Shown here: piece after piece, positions 49,561-61,949 of the stretch
Numbering within the stretch: the stretch's first letter is position 1
How the letters are laid out: each line of letters starts with the position of its first letter
Assembly (NCBI RefSeq): GCF_036321535.1
Contig: NC_087447.1
Coordinates: 44,950,001-45,014,000 of the forward strand
From: Camelus dromedarius
Taxonomy: Eukaryota
Direction of reading: 5' to 3'
DNA: 64,000 nucleotides
The notes under the pieces: model-generated
Database searches by the model: none
What the model was told of the DNA's origin: nothing
Seen by the model: only the letters and a program-made list of their open reading frames with translations
Position numbers and translations under genes: made by a program

Positions 49561-51253
49561 CCATGGCCTTGGTTACACTTGATATATACACATTCATAGG
49601 ACTTGCTAAAGTTTCTTCCAACTATAAAATTCTAGTCATCATACAAGGATAAATCATATTGCTTAGAAGAGTGGATAAATCAGAGAAAGCAAACTGATTC
49701 TTATTCAGTTTTCTACCTGCATATCTGTTTTTATCTCTGTGTATTTGCACTAAAGGATAACAAGTTAAAATTATTTTTACAGACATTATTAAAAGCAACA
49801 GAACTGTAACAGTTCACATATATATGTACATATGCATATACATGTATAAAAACACATGCATACACCATATATATGTTACTGTGGAAAAATTAGACTTTGA
49901 AATGTATTTTCAATAAATATTTGGCCAGTATATATCAAATTGTCACAAGTTGTTGAAAAATAAGATCACTACTCATTTATTCCTCTCAATACATTTAAAC
50001 AATCAACTCAATTCTATGTATCCAGGCAATAGAAGCAAATAGAGAAAAAAAGGAAAAGCATAGATGCCCATAAATTGAGAATAAGAAATACTCTGAAATT
50101 ACTTGTGCTCTATTCTTGAGAATATAATTCTTAAATATGAGATAAATATCCCATTTATGTCCTTTGTGTTTCCGTTTTATAATTCTAGTCTCGATTAATG
50201 AAACAGTCTTTATTGTTACATGAGAAGTTAAGGTTCTATTTTCAATAAATTTGCAAAACTCTTAAAGATTCAAGCTTGCACTAAATAATAAAGTATTAAC
50301 CACAAATTAAATTAGACTTTTTCCAAATTATATTTAAATTAATTTTGATACTTAAAATTTCTGCAAAAAAAAATTGATTCATTTTATGCTGTGAGTGGGC
50401 AGGTATATCAATATACATGAATTGATAAATGGTAACATCAATACATGAATATCGTCACATATCAGTTACAATTTTAAATAGTCTGCCATCTATTCTCATT
50501 CCCAAGCTCCACAAATACTAAGTTTGCTTCCTTACTATGCTGTCCTCAACTTTATAACTCTTATTCTCAACATGACAATGGGTTTCTCCAAGTAGGTGTT
50601 GCTCTCTAAAATGGATGAAATACAGTCACAAATAGGTACCTCTAGAGCTGAAGCAAGTAAATTAGATTCTCATTTTGAGAAGAACAGGAGGACAGGTAAG
50701 AAACAAGAGTACTGTGACCAGGATGAAGAACTGTTCTCCAGCTGGCTGGCCCTCATTTCTTCTTGTCATGGGGGTGACTTCTACCTGACTTACACTCCAA
50801 CAGAACCAAAGATTTCTACTGGCTTAGTAAAATAACTAGATATTCATAGTCATAATGGAAAGTTACACTGAACTGCAATCTGAGAAGTGGTGAAATACAC
50901 ATTTTTAGGAAAACTAAATTTTTTACATTTCTGCCTTCAAATGGGTAGGTGGAATCAAACCTCAAGTTGTGAGAATCTAATACTCTGCATATACATCCAA
51001 AACTCTCCACAGTTTTTACTGCTTACAGAGTAAAAACAATTCCTGTGTGTACTCCACTTTTGTATGTCCTTTAATACCTGGGTTTCTGGTGAGGAAAGCA
51101 GTAAGCTGAATGCAATCCGCTCCAAGTGTTCAGGATTTTGGTCAAAAAAAATCACAATTCTACAATACATGTACATGCAGTCCTCAACTTCTTAATCCTT
51201 TGTGATCTGTACTATGGAATTGAACATTTAAAGACACAAATATGTGTTATATA

Positions 51254-51264
51254 TCTCAAGGGGA
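51254..51264. promoter_or_regulatory. O/E (EBF)-like site in the putative promoter of OR52N4 paralog A
   Basis: TCTCAAGGGGA, conserved exactly in the paralogous block at 60750-60760, about 4.5 kb upstream of the ATG. Confidence 0.5.
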
Positions 51265-52244
51265 TGTTTCAGAATATTAGATACACAGATGCTCTTGTGG
51301 GAATTAATCTCACCCCTCTGGGAAGGTGAAAACCAGTGGAAGCTTTCTGTTCTTACTACCTATATGATGCCACATAAATAAGTGAATAATTCCGTATGTG
51401 TGCGTCTATATGTTTGTGTGTGAGAGAGCATGCATAAATGGGAAAGGGATGAGAATAAATACAAACTTTTTAAGTAAAAAAGAATGACTTTGCAGAGTAT
51501 TGTTTCTAAGGAAGGCCTTGTGGGACACAAATTGAAAACACTTAAGTAGAGTGTTCCACTCATTCACACATCCATATATTTTTTTCTTTCATTTGTTTAT
51601 TTTTTGTCATTCTAAATAACATCACTGAAGAACTACTACTCCCCAAATCATGCTGGGAATTATGCAAAATCAGATAATGTGGGTACTGGGTTTCGAAAAG
51701 TTTACTTTCAACCGAAGTGGATAATTAATATTATGGCATTTTAGAAAGACAGCAAAAGTTCAAGTTTGTTATGCATGCACAGTAAGTTAAGGATAATTAG
51801 ATGCCTAAAGCTTGATATAATAACGATGATGGTGATATTAACAATAATAAAACACAATAATGGTTCTAACTTTATATTCCTTCAAATAATAAAAGCTATG
51901 CCTATTTCGACTAATTTAAAAAACAAGTTTGTAAAGAGATAGCATTCTTAAATTGTATAATGTAGAAGTAACTTATGATACATTTCATATATCTATATCT
52001 ATATATATGTTTTGACAAAACTCTTAATCATATTAACATAAACTTGGCTTTATATAATCAGCTCATTCTAACAAGGATTATTCAGTATTATTATGATTGA
52101 ATAAAAGTTCATCATATGTATTTAACAATTTGTTCACCATTTTCCTGTTTTTATGTGAAGTTTATTTTAAAGGGAATGAAACAATAAATATGCATGTAAC
52201 AAATATTTTAGCCTAATTTTTGAAAATCATTGTCTTTTTAAAAA

Positions 52245-52449
52245 AAATTGAAGTTAAATTCACGTGACATAAAATTAACCATTTTAACCATTTAAAAATG
52301 TACAATTGAGTAGCTTTTTGTACATTCACAATGCAGTGCAAACATTATTCCTACATAATTCTAGAACATTTCCACTACCTCAAAAAGAAATCCCCTAAAC
52401 ATTAAACAGTCACTTATGATTGCCCCATTCCTCAGCCCCCTGCAATCAC
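52245..52449 (-). mobile_element. L1MB-like 3' end
   Basis: aaattcacgtgacataaaattaaccattt...tacattcacaatgcagtgcaaac. Confidence 0.8.
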
Positions 52450-52624
52450 NNNNNNNNNNNNNNNNNNNNNNNNNNNNNNNNNNNNNNNNNNNNNNNNNNN
52501 NNNNNNNNNNNNNNNNNNNNNNNNNNNNNNNNNNNNNNNNNNNNNNNNNNNNNNNNNNNNNNNNNNNNNNNNNNNNNNNNNNNNNNNNNNNNNNNNNNNN
52601 NNNNNNNNNNNNNNNNNNNNNNNN
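52450..52624. other. Assembly gap (N run)
   Basis: 175 consecutive N inside an L1MB-like element. Confidence 1.
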
Positions 52625-52724
52625 TCTTATGGATATACTTCATTTTGTTCATTTATTCAGCAGCTGATGGACATATAGGTTCTTCCTATATTTTGGCAAA
52701 TCATTCTACTAATGTTATTAAGCT

Positions 52725-53300
52725 TTAAAACAAGAAAGAAATCCTGTCATATGTCACAACGTGGATGAACCTTGAGGAAATTATGCTGTGTGAAATAAAC
52801 CAGTAACAAAAAGACACATTGCATAATTCCATTTATATGAGAAATCTAAAATAGTCAAACTCATAGAAACAAAAAGTAGAATTCTAGTTTGGTAATGAGA
52901 GGAGGGGGGAATAGAGAATTTTTGTTCACTGGGTATAGTTCCATCTTTTTAAGATGAATGAGTTCTAGATTTTTGTTGTACAACAATGTAAATACATTCA
53001 ACTGTACTGAAATGTACTCTTAAAATGGTTAATATGATAAATTTTATGTTGTGTGTATTTACCACACTTAAAAATTTTTAAGTAGTCAAACTCTTAGAAA
53101 CAGAAAGTAGAATGGTGGTTGCTAGGGATGGGAAGGAAGAAGAAAGAGGGAGCGGTTCAATGGACATATAGTGTTGGTGTTGCAAGATAAAAGTTATAGG
53201 GATCTGCTAGGCATCAATGTACATATAGTTAATACTACTGTCCTGTAAATTTAAAAATTATTTAAATGATAATTTTTTGTTGCCTTTTTCACCACAGTAA
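52725..53300 (+). mobile_element. L1MB-like 3' UTR, two partial copies in tandem
   Basis: gatgaaccttgaggaaattatgctgtgtgaaataaaccag.... The phrase tagtcaaactc(a/t)tagaaaca occurs at about 52850 and about 53080. Confidence 0.75.
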
Positions 53301-53309
53301 TAAAAAAGA

Positions 53310-54690
53310 ATAGTTTGAATTTTGTCAAATCCTTTTTCCTTATCAATTGATATAATAGCCTGGTGATTATTATTTAGCCTGTTAATATAGTTGATTACTG
53401 AATACTGAAGCAGCCTTGTACCCTGAGAATAAAACCCACTTGACTAATGATTTAATAATGGTATGTAATTTTTATATATTTTTGAATTTTGTTATATTTT
53501 TATAGGAATTTTTGAATCTATATTCAGAGAAATGTTGTTTTGTAGATTTTTGTTGTTGCTGTTGTTCTGTCTTTATCTAGTTTTGGTATCAGAATAGCAC
53601 TAATTTTACAAAAAGAATTGTGAAGTGTTCCATTCTGTCCTATTTTTCTTGCAGACATTGCATAGGATTGGTGTTAATTTTTCTTTAAATGTTTGGTAGA
53701 ATTCTCCAATGAAAATATCAGGCTATGGAGAATACTTTTTAAAAGTAAAAATTCAATTTCCTTACTAGTAACAGGGCTTTTCAAATTACATCTTTCATAT
53801 TGAGTAACCAGTGGTATTTTGTTTTTGGAGGAATTGGTTCATTTCATCTAAGTTGCCAAATTTATTTGTTTAAGGTTGTTTGTAGTATTCCTTTATTACC
53901 CTTTTATGTTTTCAGAGTCCAATATGATACCCTTTTCATTATTGGCATTGCCAATGTGTTTCTTCTCTTTTTTTCCTTGTCAATATTTCTATATGTTTGC
54001 CAATTTTAATGCTCTTTTCAAATAACAAGATCTATGCTTAATTGATTTCCTCTTCATTTTTCTGTTTTCAGTGTCATTGATTATACTCTAATTTTTATCA
54101 TTTTCTTTCTTCCCCTTGCCTTGGAGTCATAGTGTCTTTCTTTTTCTAGATTCTTCAGTTAGGAGATTAGGTTATTGCTTGGAGATTTTTCCTCTTTTGT
54201 CATGTATGTATTGAGGGCTTTAAATTATTCTTTCAACGATGCTTTAATGTGCTCCCAGAAATTTTGATACATTGAATTTTATTTTTACTTAGTCAGTGTA
54301 TTTTTTAATTTCCCTTAAGACTTTTTCTTTGACTAATGGATTATTTAGAAGTGTCTTGCTGAGTTTCCAAGTGTTTGTAAATTTTCCTTTTTAAAAAAAT
54401 TATTTTTGATTTTTCGTCTGATTCTGTTGTAGTTGGAAAATACACAGTATATGCTTTAAATTCTTTTGAAATGTTTAGGTTTCTTTTATGGCTCAGGATA
54501 GGTCTTGTTACAGGTGTATGTTCCATGTACACTTGAAAAAGAATGTATGTCCTGGTATTGTGAAAATTGTTTTATAAATGGGGATTAGATTCTGTCTATT
54601 GAAGTGTCATTGGGTTTATCTATATTCTTGCAGGTTTCCTGTATAGTGGGCTATCAATGTTGAGAGAGTTATGTTGACGTTTTCAACTGA
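53310..54690 (-). mobile_element. Old L1 ORF2 fragment
   Basis: ctagttttggtatcagaatag..., ttaaatgtttggtagaattctccaatgaa..., ttgaaaaagaatgtatgtcctg. Confidence 0.75.
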
Positions 54691-55069
54691 AAATCTCAAA
54701 TACTATTTGAAAACAAGACAAGCTGGTATCTGGCAGCAGATATCTCTTTCTTAATTATTCATTTCTCTTGATAATTACGCAGCTTTCCATTATGTTTTGT
54801 TCACAGGAAATTGGGTTAATGATGAGATGAGTCCTCCACAGAGGTGAGGAGGTGGACAATTCATAGTGCATGTCTGTGACAAGTGGAGGATGGCATGTCA
54901 GTGATCTGGGCATTCTGAAGACATTTAATGACCCACTCAGCACTTTCCCTTGTCATGACCAAACTGGTACTCTTAAAAAGACACCTTTAGACTCTGACCA
55001 AAGAGCCAATAGAAATATCACTTTATTTTTTTCCCCTTCTGTTTCATTACTTCCCTGAAAATATCGCTT

Positions 55070-56035
55070 TCAAGTGCTGTGGAATTTTGTATCCTTAGAA
55101 CCTGAAAGGATCCTTATGACACAATCTCGTATCTGCTTGGTTTTCACCCCATAGACAATGGGGTTCATAGTGGGAGGCAGGAGCAGGTAAATATTGGCCA
55201 CAATGATGTGGCAAGAGGGAGGGATTGTGTGGCTCCCAAAGCGGTGGGAAAAGAAGGAGAAGAAAGCTGGACTGTAGGAAAAAACAATAGCACAGATGTG
55301 GGCAGTGCAGGTGCTGAAGGCCTTCTGCCGAGCCTCTGCTGAAGAGAGGCTGACCACTGCCCGGAGGATCATGGTGTAGGAGATCGTGATGCACAGGATG
55401 TCAAAGCCCCCAATCAGAAGGGCAACCATCAGACCATAAATGGCATTGACCTTGATATTTCCACAGGACAACTTGGCTACAGACATGTGGTCGCAGTAGG
55501 TGTGGGGAATTACATTGCCTCTGCAGTAGGGCAGACGCTTGGTAAGGAAAGTGAAGGGAGTGATGAGCAGCACCCCTCTGAGAAAGGTGGAGAGACCAGC
55601 CTTTGCAATGACAGGATTGATGAGGATAGTTGAGTAGCACAGAGGGTAGCAGATGGCCACATAGCGGTCCAGGGCCATCAGCATGAGCACCCCAGACTCC
55701 ATCCCTGTGAAGGTGTGAATGAAGAACATCTGAACCAGGCATTCTACAAAGCTGATTTCCTTGAGGTGAAACCAGAAGATGCAGAGAGCTTTAGGGATTG
55801 TACTAGAGCACATGACAAGGTCAGTGAGAGAAAGCATGGCCAAGAAGTAGTACCTGGACCTGTGCAAGGAATCCTCATAGCGAATGAGGCAGAGGAGTCC
55901 ACAGTTCCCTACCACAGCCACAGCATACATGGAGCAGAATGGGAGGGAAATCCAGACATGTATGTCTTCCAGTCCTGGAACTCCATTCAGAATAAATGAG
56001 GGTGGGTCCAGGTCTGTTTTACTCAGCATTAGCAT
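55070..56035 (-). CDS. OR52N4: Olfactory receptor 52N4, paralog B (321 aa from ATG 56035)
   Basis: DLVMCSSTIPKALCIFWFHLK, MALDRYVAIC, IPPSCHIIVANIYLLLPPTMNPIVYGVKTKQIRDCVIRILSGSKDTK match remembered OR52N4. Acceptor ...cttactctAG at 56069. Confidence 0.9.
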   Translation of the reverse strand: MLMLSKTDLDPPSFILNGVPGLEDIHVWISLPFCSMYAVAVVGNCGLLCLIRYEDSLHRSRYYFLAMLSLTDLVMCSSTIPKALCIFWFHLKEISFVECLVQMFFIHTFTGMESGVLMLMALDRYVAICYPLCYSTILINPVIAKAGLSTFLRGVLLITPFTFLTKRLPYCRGNVIPHTYCDHMSVAKLSCGNIKVNAIYGLMVALLIGGFDILCITISYTMILRAVVSLSSAEARQKAFSTCTAHICAIVFSYSPAFFSFFSHRFGSHTIPPSCHIIVANIYLLLPPTMNPIVYGVKTKQIRDCVIRILSGSKDTKFHST

Positions 56036-57319
56036 AATCAATTAGGCTTAAACGTTATGTGATTTTTCCTAGAGTAAGACAAAGAGAAAATAAAATATAG
56101 TTTATGGTTACTTTTTCTCCTTTTTGTGTTTTAAAATTCTGGAGGGCATTTTAATGATCAAATAACCAACTTTTCTGAGTGACAGGGAGTAGATCTTTTG
56201 TTTATTTGTTGTTTATTAATTGATTAATTCATCTATCGCTTCAACAAATTTTTACTGAACAATTCAAATTGTCATCACAGACACTGATTCAAAAAAAATT
56301 TTTAAACCAATTTCCCACCCTCATAAATTTATAATCAAACATAATTCTATTTCATCTAGTCTAAGGATATTTTTGTTAGATACCTCATTTGTTAATAAAT
56401 ATATACATCTCCCTATGGATGAGATCTTAGAGTCTTTTGATGACCATACCAATGACCCAAAAGGTAAAAGGACTTTCAAAATTCTTATTCTTGGTTAATA
56501 GCTGATCGTTATAATTTGGTACTAAGGCACTGTTCTAAGAATTTTAGAAATATTAAATCATTTCTCCCTCAATGGAGATTGGGGGGGGGTCTCACAAAAC
56601 AGTACAATTTTTGATTTGGTCTTCTCACTTTTTAATTGCCTTATTTTCTCTTTTTTAAATAATGGTTTATATGCATTTATCAAAATTCTTTTAAAATTTC
56701 TACTCAGAATAAACTTCCAGTAATAATTGGAAAGCAGGTAACTTTGCTTAGGATGGTAAATCCATGAATGATAATGAATCATTTATTTTATTCTTTTACC
56801 AATTTTTCTGTCTTACATTTAAACATTGTCCTCTGAGATTATCTGCTGTCTGTAGCAAAAAATAAAACAAATAACAAAACAAACAAACCAGTTTCACACT
56901 ATTATATCAAACTAAAGGCCCTGATAGACTTTGACTTAGTTTTGCTAGTTTTTCCAGTAATATTTATCATTCAATAATACGTTGACATCGCCAATGTTTA
57001 TTGTTTTCTCATCTGTTCTTGCTGACATTTTGGTTTACATTTTTGTATATATTTCACAATGGAATCCATGTCAGTTGAGTTCTTGTGGAAACCAATACAA
57101 GTGCAAATTTATACTTGATATTTCTCACCACATGTCAAATTTATTTCTCACCCAAGAGCAAAATTAATTAATCCCCAATTCTGTGCTTATGTCTAAGCCT
57201 CATTTTCAGTTTGACTGAATATTTGGGATGAATAAATGGTATCTCATTCTTTCATTAATCTCTTACTTTCTTATATATATGTATCAAGCATCCATAATGT
57301 GGAGAAGACAGTTTTGCTC

Positions 57320-57780
57320 ATTTAAGGATTTCAGAGTTTAATGGACAGAGAAGATGCATACAAATAATCATGATAAACATAAAACAAGAACTAAAATAGA
57401 AGTACATGCAAGATCCCAAATTAGCACTTGACTGTTAATGTGGGTGTGCATTGTTGTTGGTGGGTATTGAGAGGAAGAATTGGTGATTATAAGGAAACAC
57501 TATGTTGGAGAGAAGGTGTTTGATATCTATTTTGAAAGAAGTCAAGTTGTAAAGGAGACACATTTGTAAAAGGAATTCCAGAGAGAGGAATCAACAAGTA
57601 AAAGTGTAAAAATCAAAACAATCAACTCTAAAAAATTTGCTGGTGTGGAAGGGGCAAGTAATAAGCTAGATATTTGGCCAGGAGCTAGATCATAAAGAAT
57701 CTTGTCATTATCAGGTAATGGGTACTTCACTGATGTTGAAGGAACCCAGAGAGATATGAGTTAACTCTGTGGTGCTTGGG
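57320..57780 (-). mobile_element. LINE2 3' fragment
   Basis: ggagagaaggtgtttgatatctattttgaaag...ggaattccagagagaggaatcaacaagt...ggagctagatcataaagaatcttg. Confidence 0.6.
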
Positions 57781-60749
57781 AAACAATAGGCAGTGAAAAA
57801 GTCAGATTCCTTTTCCTACCCCTCCCTTAAGGACATATTTTCTGTCCTCTCCAGGAGAGGGGTTGGAAGAAGGAAGGAAAAAACTTTGAGATATTGTAGT
57901 CTTTGCTCAACAGGTAAGTAAAGTAAGAATTCTTAGGAGATTGCAACAACAGATAAGCATTTAGCTAGTAGGCTCCAAAGCACCAAAAATTTATGTAAGT
58001 TTTCTACTTAGTAGAATGAAAATAATCTGTGACCAAGTTTCCCAAGTTAAAAAAATTGGTTTCCATTAAACACCTTCCTAATAACCCTGAATTACTAGGA
58101 ATACCAAAAGGTGTATCTGATTTTTCATAGAAACATTGTCAACTATTGTGGCGGAAATTCCACCAATTTGTAAGACAGAAACTAGATTATAGAACTGATT
58201 TTTGTTAATTCACATACTCTCTTTGAGGCTTTTTTGATCAGAAAATCATATTGAAGAGAAAATTGAAGGAGATAGCATGTTAAAACATACTACCACATTT
58301 TATGTGCTCAATACCCAGACTGACAGCGATTTTGGTGTGCTTACAAAAATTAATGCCGTAGAAAGCCATTGAGTGCCACTAAGTGAATTTTCTCCTGTGT
58401 TCCATTAGAGGAAATATTCATTCTACCTTCCATTAATAAATTTGGTGATTTTTAGGTCATCGTCTGTAGGAAATATTGTCACATGGAAATTCTGCATCAT
58501 AAAGTGACACCAAGTGAGGACAGATTAGATTTGTCAAAACGTTTGTTTTGAAAGAAGTAGGGAAACACAGATTGCACGTGCTAACAAGAATCTTTTCAAG
58601 GACCTGTCCTTATGTCATTACAAAATCTTAGAGTTATACTCGTTGTCATAGGAGCACCTGTGTCTCTAATCTAGTCTCAGGAGAAATCTAAGAGGAAAAG
58701 ACAGGGCTCCTAGACCTGAAGCATGATTAGGATTCTGACAGATCAAGACGGGAGGGACAGTGTTCTCTCCTGCTGCTATTTGCTGTTTCCTACTCACAGC
58801 ACACCGATATTCCTGACTCTGTGAAAAATGGTCCTCTGTGCTTTTGGCGCTTTCCCTCCAGCCCCACTCAAACATAGCTAATTCATACTTGCTCTTCAAG
58901 GAAAACCTTCCTCAGAAAGATTCAAAGTTCGAATGTGGTGGTGGAGACATATCTAAACCATCTTAAAATAATGTAGTTACAAACTGCTATAATTAGATGT
59001 AAAGAATTTATTTATTCAAATAAAAATTCTTTTAAATTATATTTACCTCATGATACTACAAAAATCAATTCATATATGGGACTCCTCCACAATTAAATAA
59101 AACTATTGACATTAAGGACAGTTTGTATTTATATTAACTCCCACCAATCCAGTATGTAGCAAACCACCTTGAACATATCAGGTACTAAGATTTTATTAAA
59201 TAAATGAATAGATGGATGAAATAAATAAATAGATAAATAAATAAATAAATAAAATTTTTATTTGACTTTGAGAATTACTAAATTATAATCTAAATATTAT
59301 TACTTGGATTGCATAAAATAAACTAATAGAAAAAATGGAAAACATCTTCCTCTAGATTACTACAAAGATAAATAAATAAAACATTCCCTTTATAAAGTAG
59401 GGAAACAAAGAAAATACAAAGAAAGTGGAAAGAATAAGATGATAAAAGCAGAACAAATACTGGTTTAAGCAATAAAGATAACTTATTTAAACTATCCATC
59501 AATTTTAATATAATTCTAATTAATTTTAAATAAGATTCCTATTCTTTTCTCCTTCTGTCTACTTTAAATTATTTAACAGTCTCTCTTAACTGTGATGTTC
59601 AGGACCTGCTTTGATCTATATATTGTAAATAGCAGTGCACAAAGCAACATTGCAGCTTCTCTTGGAGTTAAAATTTCTCTCGACAAGAATAAACAACGTA
59701 AGTTCAGCACCTTAATGATTTCTTCCCAGAAGGAACAACTATCTGGAATGGAGGAAAAGATTTTATGTTTTTTATCCCAGTATATTTCCTTAATTCTATT
59801 GCATTTTAGAAACAAATTTAAAATAATTTTGATACACAAAAGTTAATTTCTTCTGCAAGGAAATGAGACACATACTATGCTGCGGTGTAGACAGGGTTAC
59901 TAAAATATAATATAAACACATAACTATCACCACTTGTAAAATACAGCTTTGATATATCTGTTGTCTATCTTTATTCTTAAACCTTACAGGTAATAAATTT
60001 TTTTTTTTGTTAGATTGTCTTCAGTCCTTTAGAGCCTTTTTTTTTTTAAATGAGGGTTGTTTTCTCCGTGTAAGTTTTGCCATCCAAAATCAATGAAACA
60101 AAAGTCATAGCTCAGTCTCTGTAGAAAATAAAAAAGGGAATTTAGACTATGATTTTGCAGAATAAGGGAAGAACAGGTAAGAACCAAGAGGATTCTGACC
60201 ATTGGCCTAATGACCTAGAGCTATTTTCCTATTCTATTTGTCATGGAAATAATTTACCTCTGATTCCCATTTTGACAGAAAAATAACACAGATAATCGTA
60301 ACCAGAATGATGTTACACTGAATTTTAATGTTATGGTTGAGAAAACACACATTGTTCAAGAATATCCAATTTCATACAACATCTCTGTATTCAAATTACT
60401 TGAATAGAGTCAAAGATTTATTTCTGGAAAAAATGATAAGCAATTGTTATATATCCAAAGTCCCTCTTCACTTTATCTTACTGCCTACAAAAAAGAAAAG
60501 AAAAGAAATTGTCATTATCCCCCTTTTTGGTATGTCTTAAATACCTTAGTTCCTGGATTGCAGAGCAGTGAGCTGAATGCAATCTGGTCCAGGTGTTCAG
60601 GGTCTTGGCTGAAAAAAAAATCTTGAGTCCTAGAATAAATGTGCACGCATAGCCTCCAACCTCTAACTTCCTTGCTCTCTGTACTATTGGACTGAGCCTT
60701 TAAAGGAAAATGTGAAGAAAAAAAAAAAAGGAAAAATGTGTGTTATGTG

Positions 60750-60760
60750 TCTCAAGGGGA
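60750..60760. promoter_or_regulatory. O/E (EBF)-like site in the putative promoter of OR52N4 paralog B
   Basis: TCTCAAGGGGA within a diverged block homologous to about 50600-51350. Confidence 0.5.
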
Positions 60761-61949
60761 AATTTTAGAGTGTCAGAGACAGAGACGTTCTTGTGGAACT
60801 TAAACTATCCTCTATGGGAGGAGGAAAAAGAGCAAGAACTTTCATTGTTTAGTGCTGAAATAATGATATATAAATATGTGAATACTCTCACATGTGTGTA
60901 CTTCTGTGTTAGCATGTATATTTGGTGGGGGGAGAATGAAAATAAACACAGTTATTTTTAATGAAAATTGGGATTAAATATTCATCTCAAATTTATGTTT
61001 CCTTTTTATCCATTGCTTTTTGGAAAACATATCAAAAGTAACTGCATATAGAATGTTTCTTTTATTCACACACTGATTCATTTTTAAAATTATTTCTTTT
61101 ATTCCTGTATTGGTTCATCTCTCCATTTAATTGATGTTTATTGAGAATTTTCTACTCTACAAGTTAGGCTAGAAAATATGACCCTTGGTTTAAAAAGCTC
61201 ACTTTTAAGTGAGGAAAATGGTCCAGAAAAGAGAGTCATCAAAAGTTTATATTTATTACACTTACATATCAAGTTAAGAAAAACTAGATCAATATACAAA
61301 TCTTGAAATAGTGATCATGATAACAGCAATAATTAAAAAACTTATTCTATTCTTATCTTTTTAATGAAAGTAATGTAATATAATAAATAATTTGGAAAAT
61401 ATATAATGGTATAATATATAATATAAATAATATAATATATTAATATAATATAATAAATATAAATAATTTGGAAAAACAGGAAGGTATTTTAAAAATAGAA
61501 AGCACTCTGTCATGCAACTTAGAGGAAACTTCTTGTGTATTTTTATCCTGAGTAAAAATACATGTATATAAATGTATTGATATGTATATATTTATTACCT
61601 ACATCTTTATAAAAATGATCATAATATATTACAATATACATTGATATTTTAACACTATATAATTAGTCCATTTTCAAAACAAAATTATGATTGAATAAAA
61701 GCTCATAATTTATTTAAACATAACTTATTCTTATAGATCCTCTTTAAAGTGCTAAAATAAATTGACAGATGTATGAAACTTTTATATTTCTGATCTGAAT
61801 ATTCCCTCAAAATAAATCCTTATTGAATGTTTGAGCCCTCTTCTTTCATTCCAATGGTTATGTGCCAATTTGATAAGAGACTGTTATTCCATTGTCATTT
61901 AGCTATGCTCTTAGTTACTTTCTAAAAACACATTTTAAATTTTACATTG

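Noticed and set aside
61355-61367. ATCTTTTTAATGA, one mismatch from the H/P-element homeodomain 13-mer, upstream of the OR52N4B promoter
   Set aside because: Single copy in very AT-rich DNA, and I saw no counterpart in the paralogous block; chance is likely.
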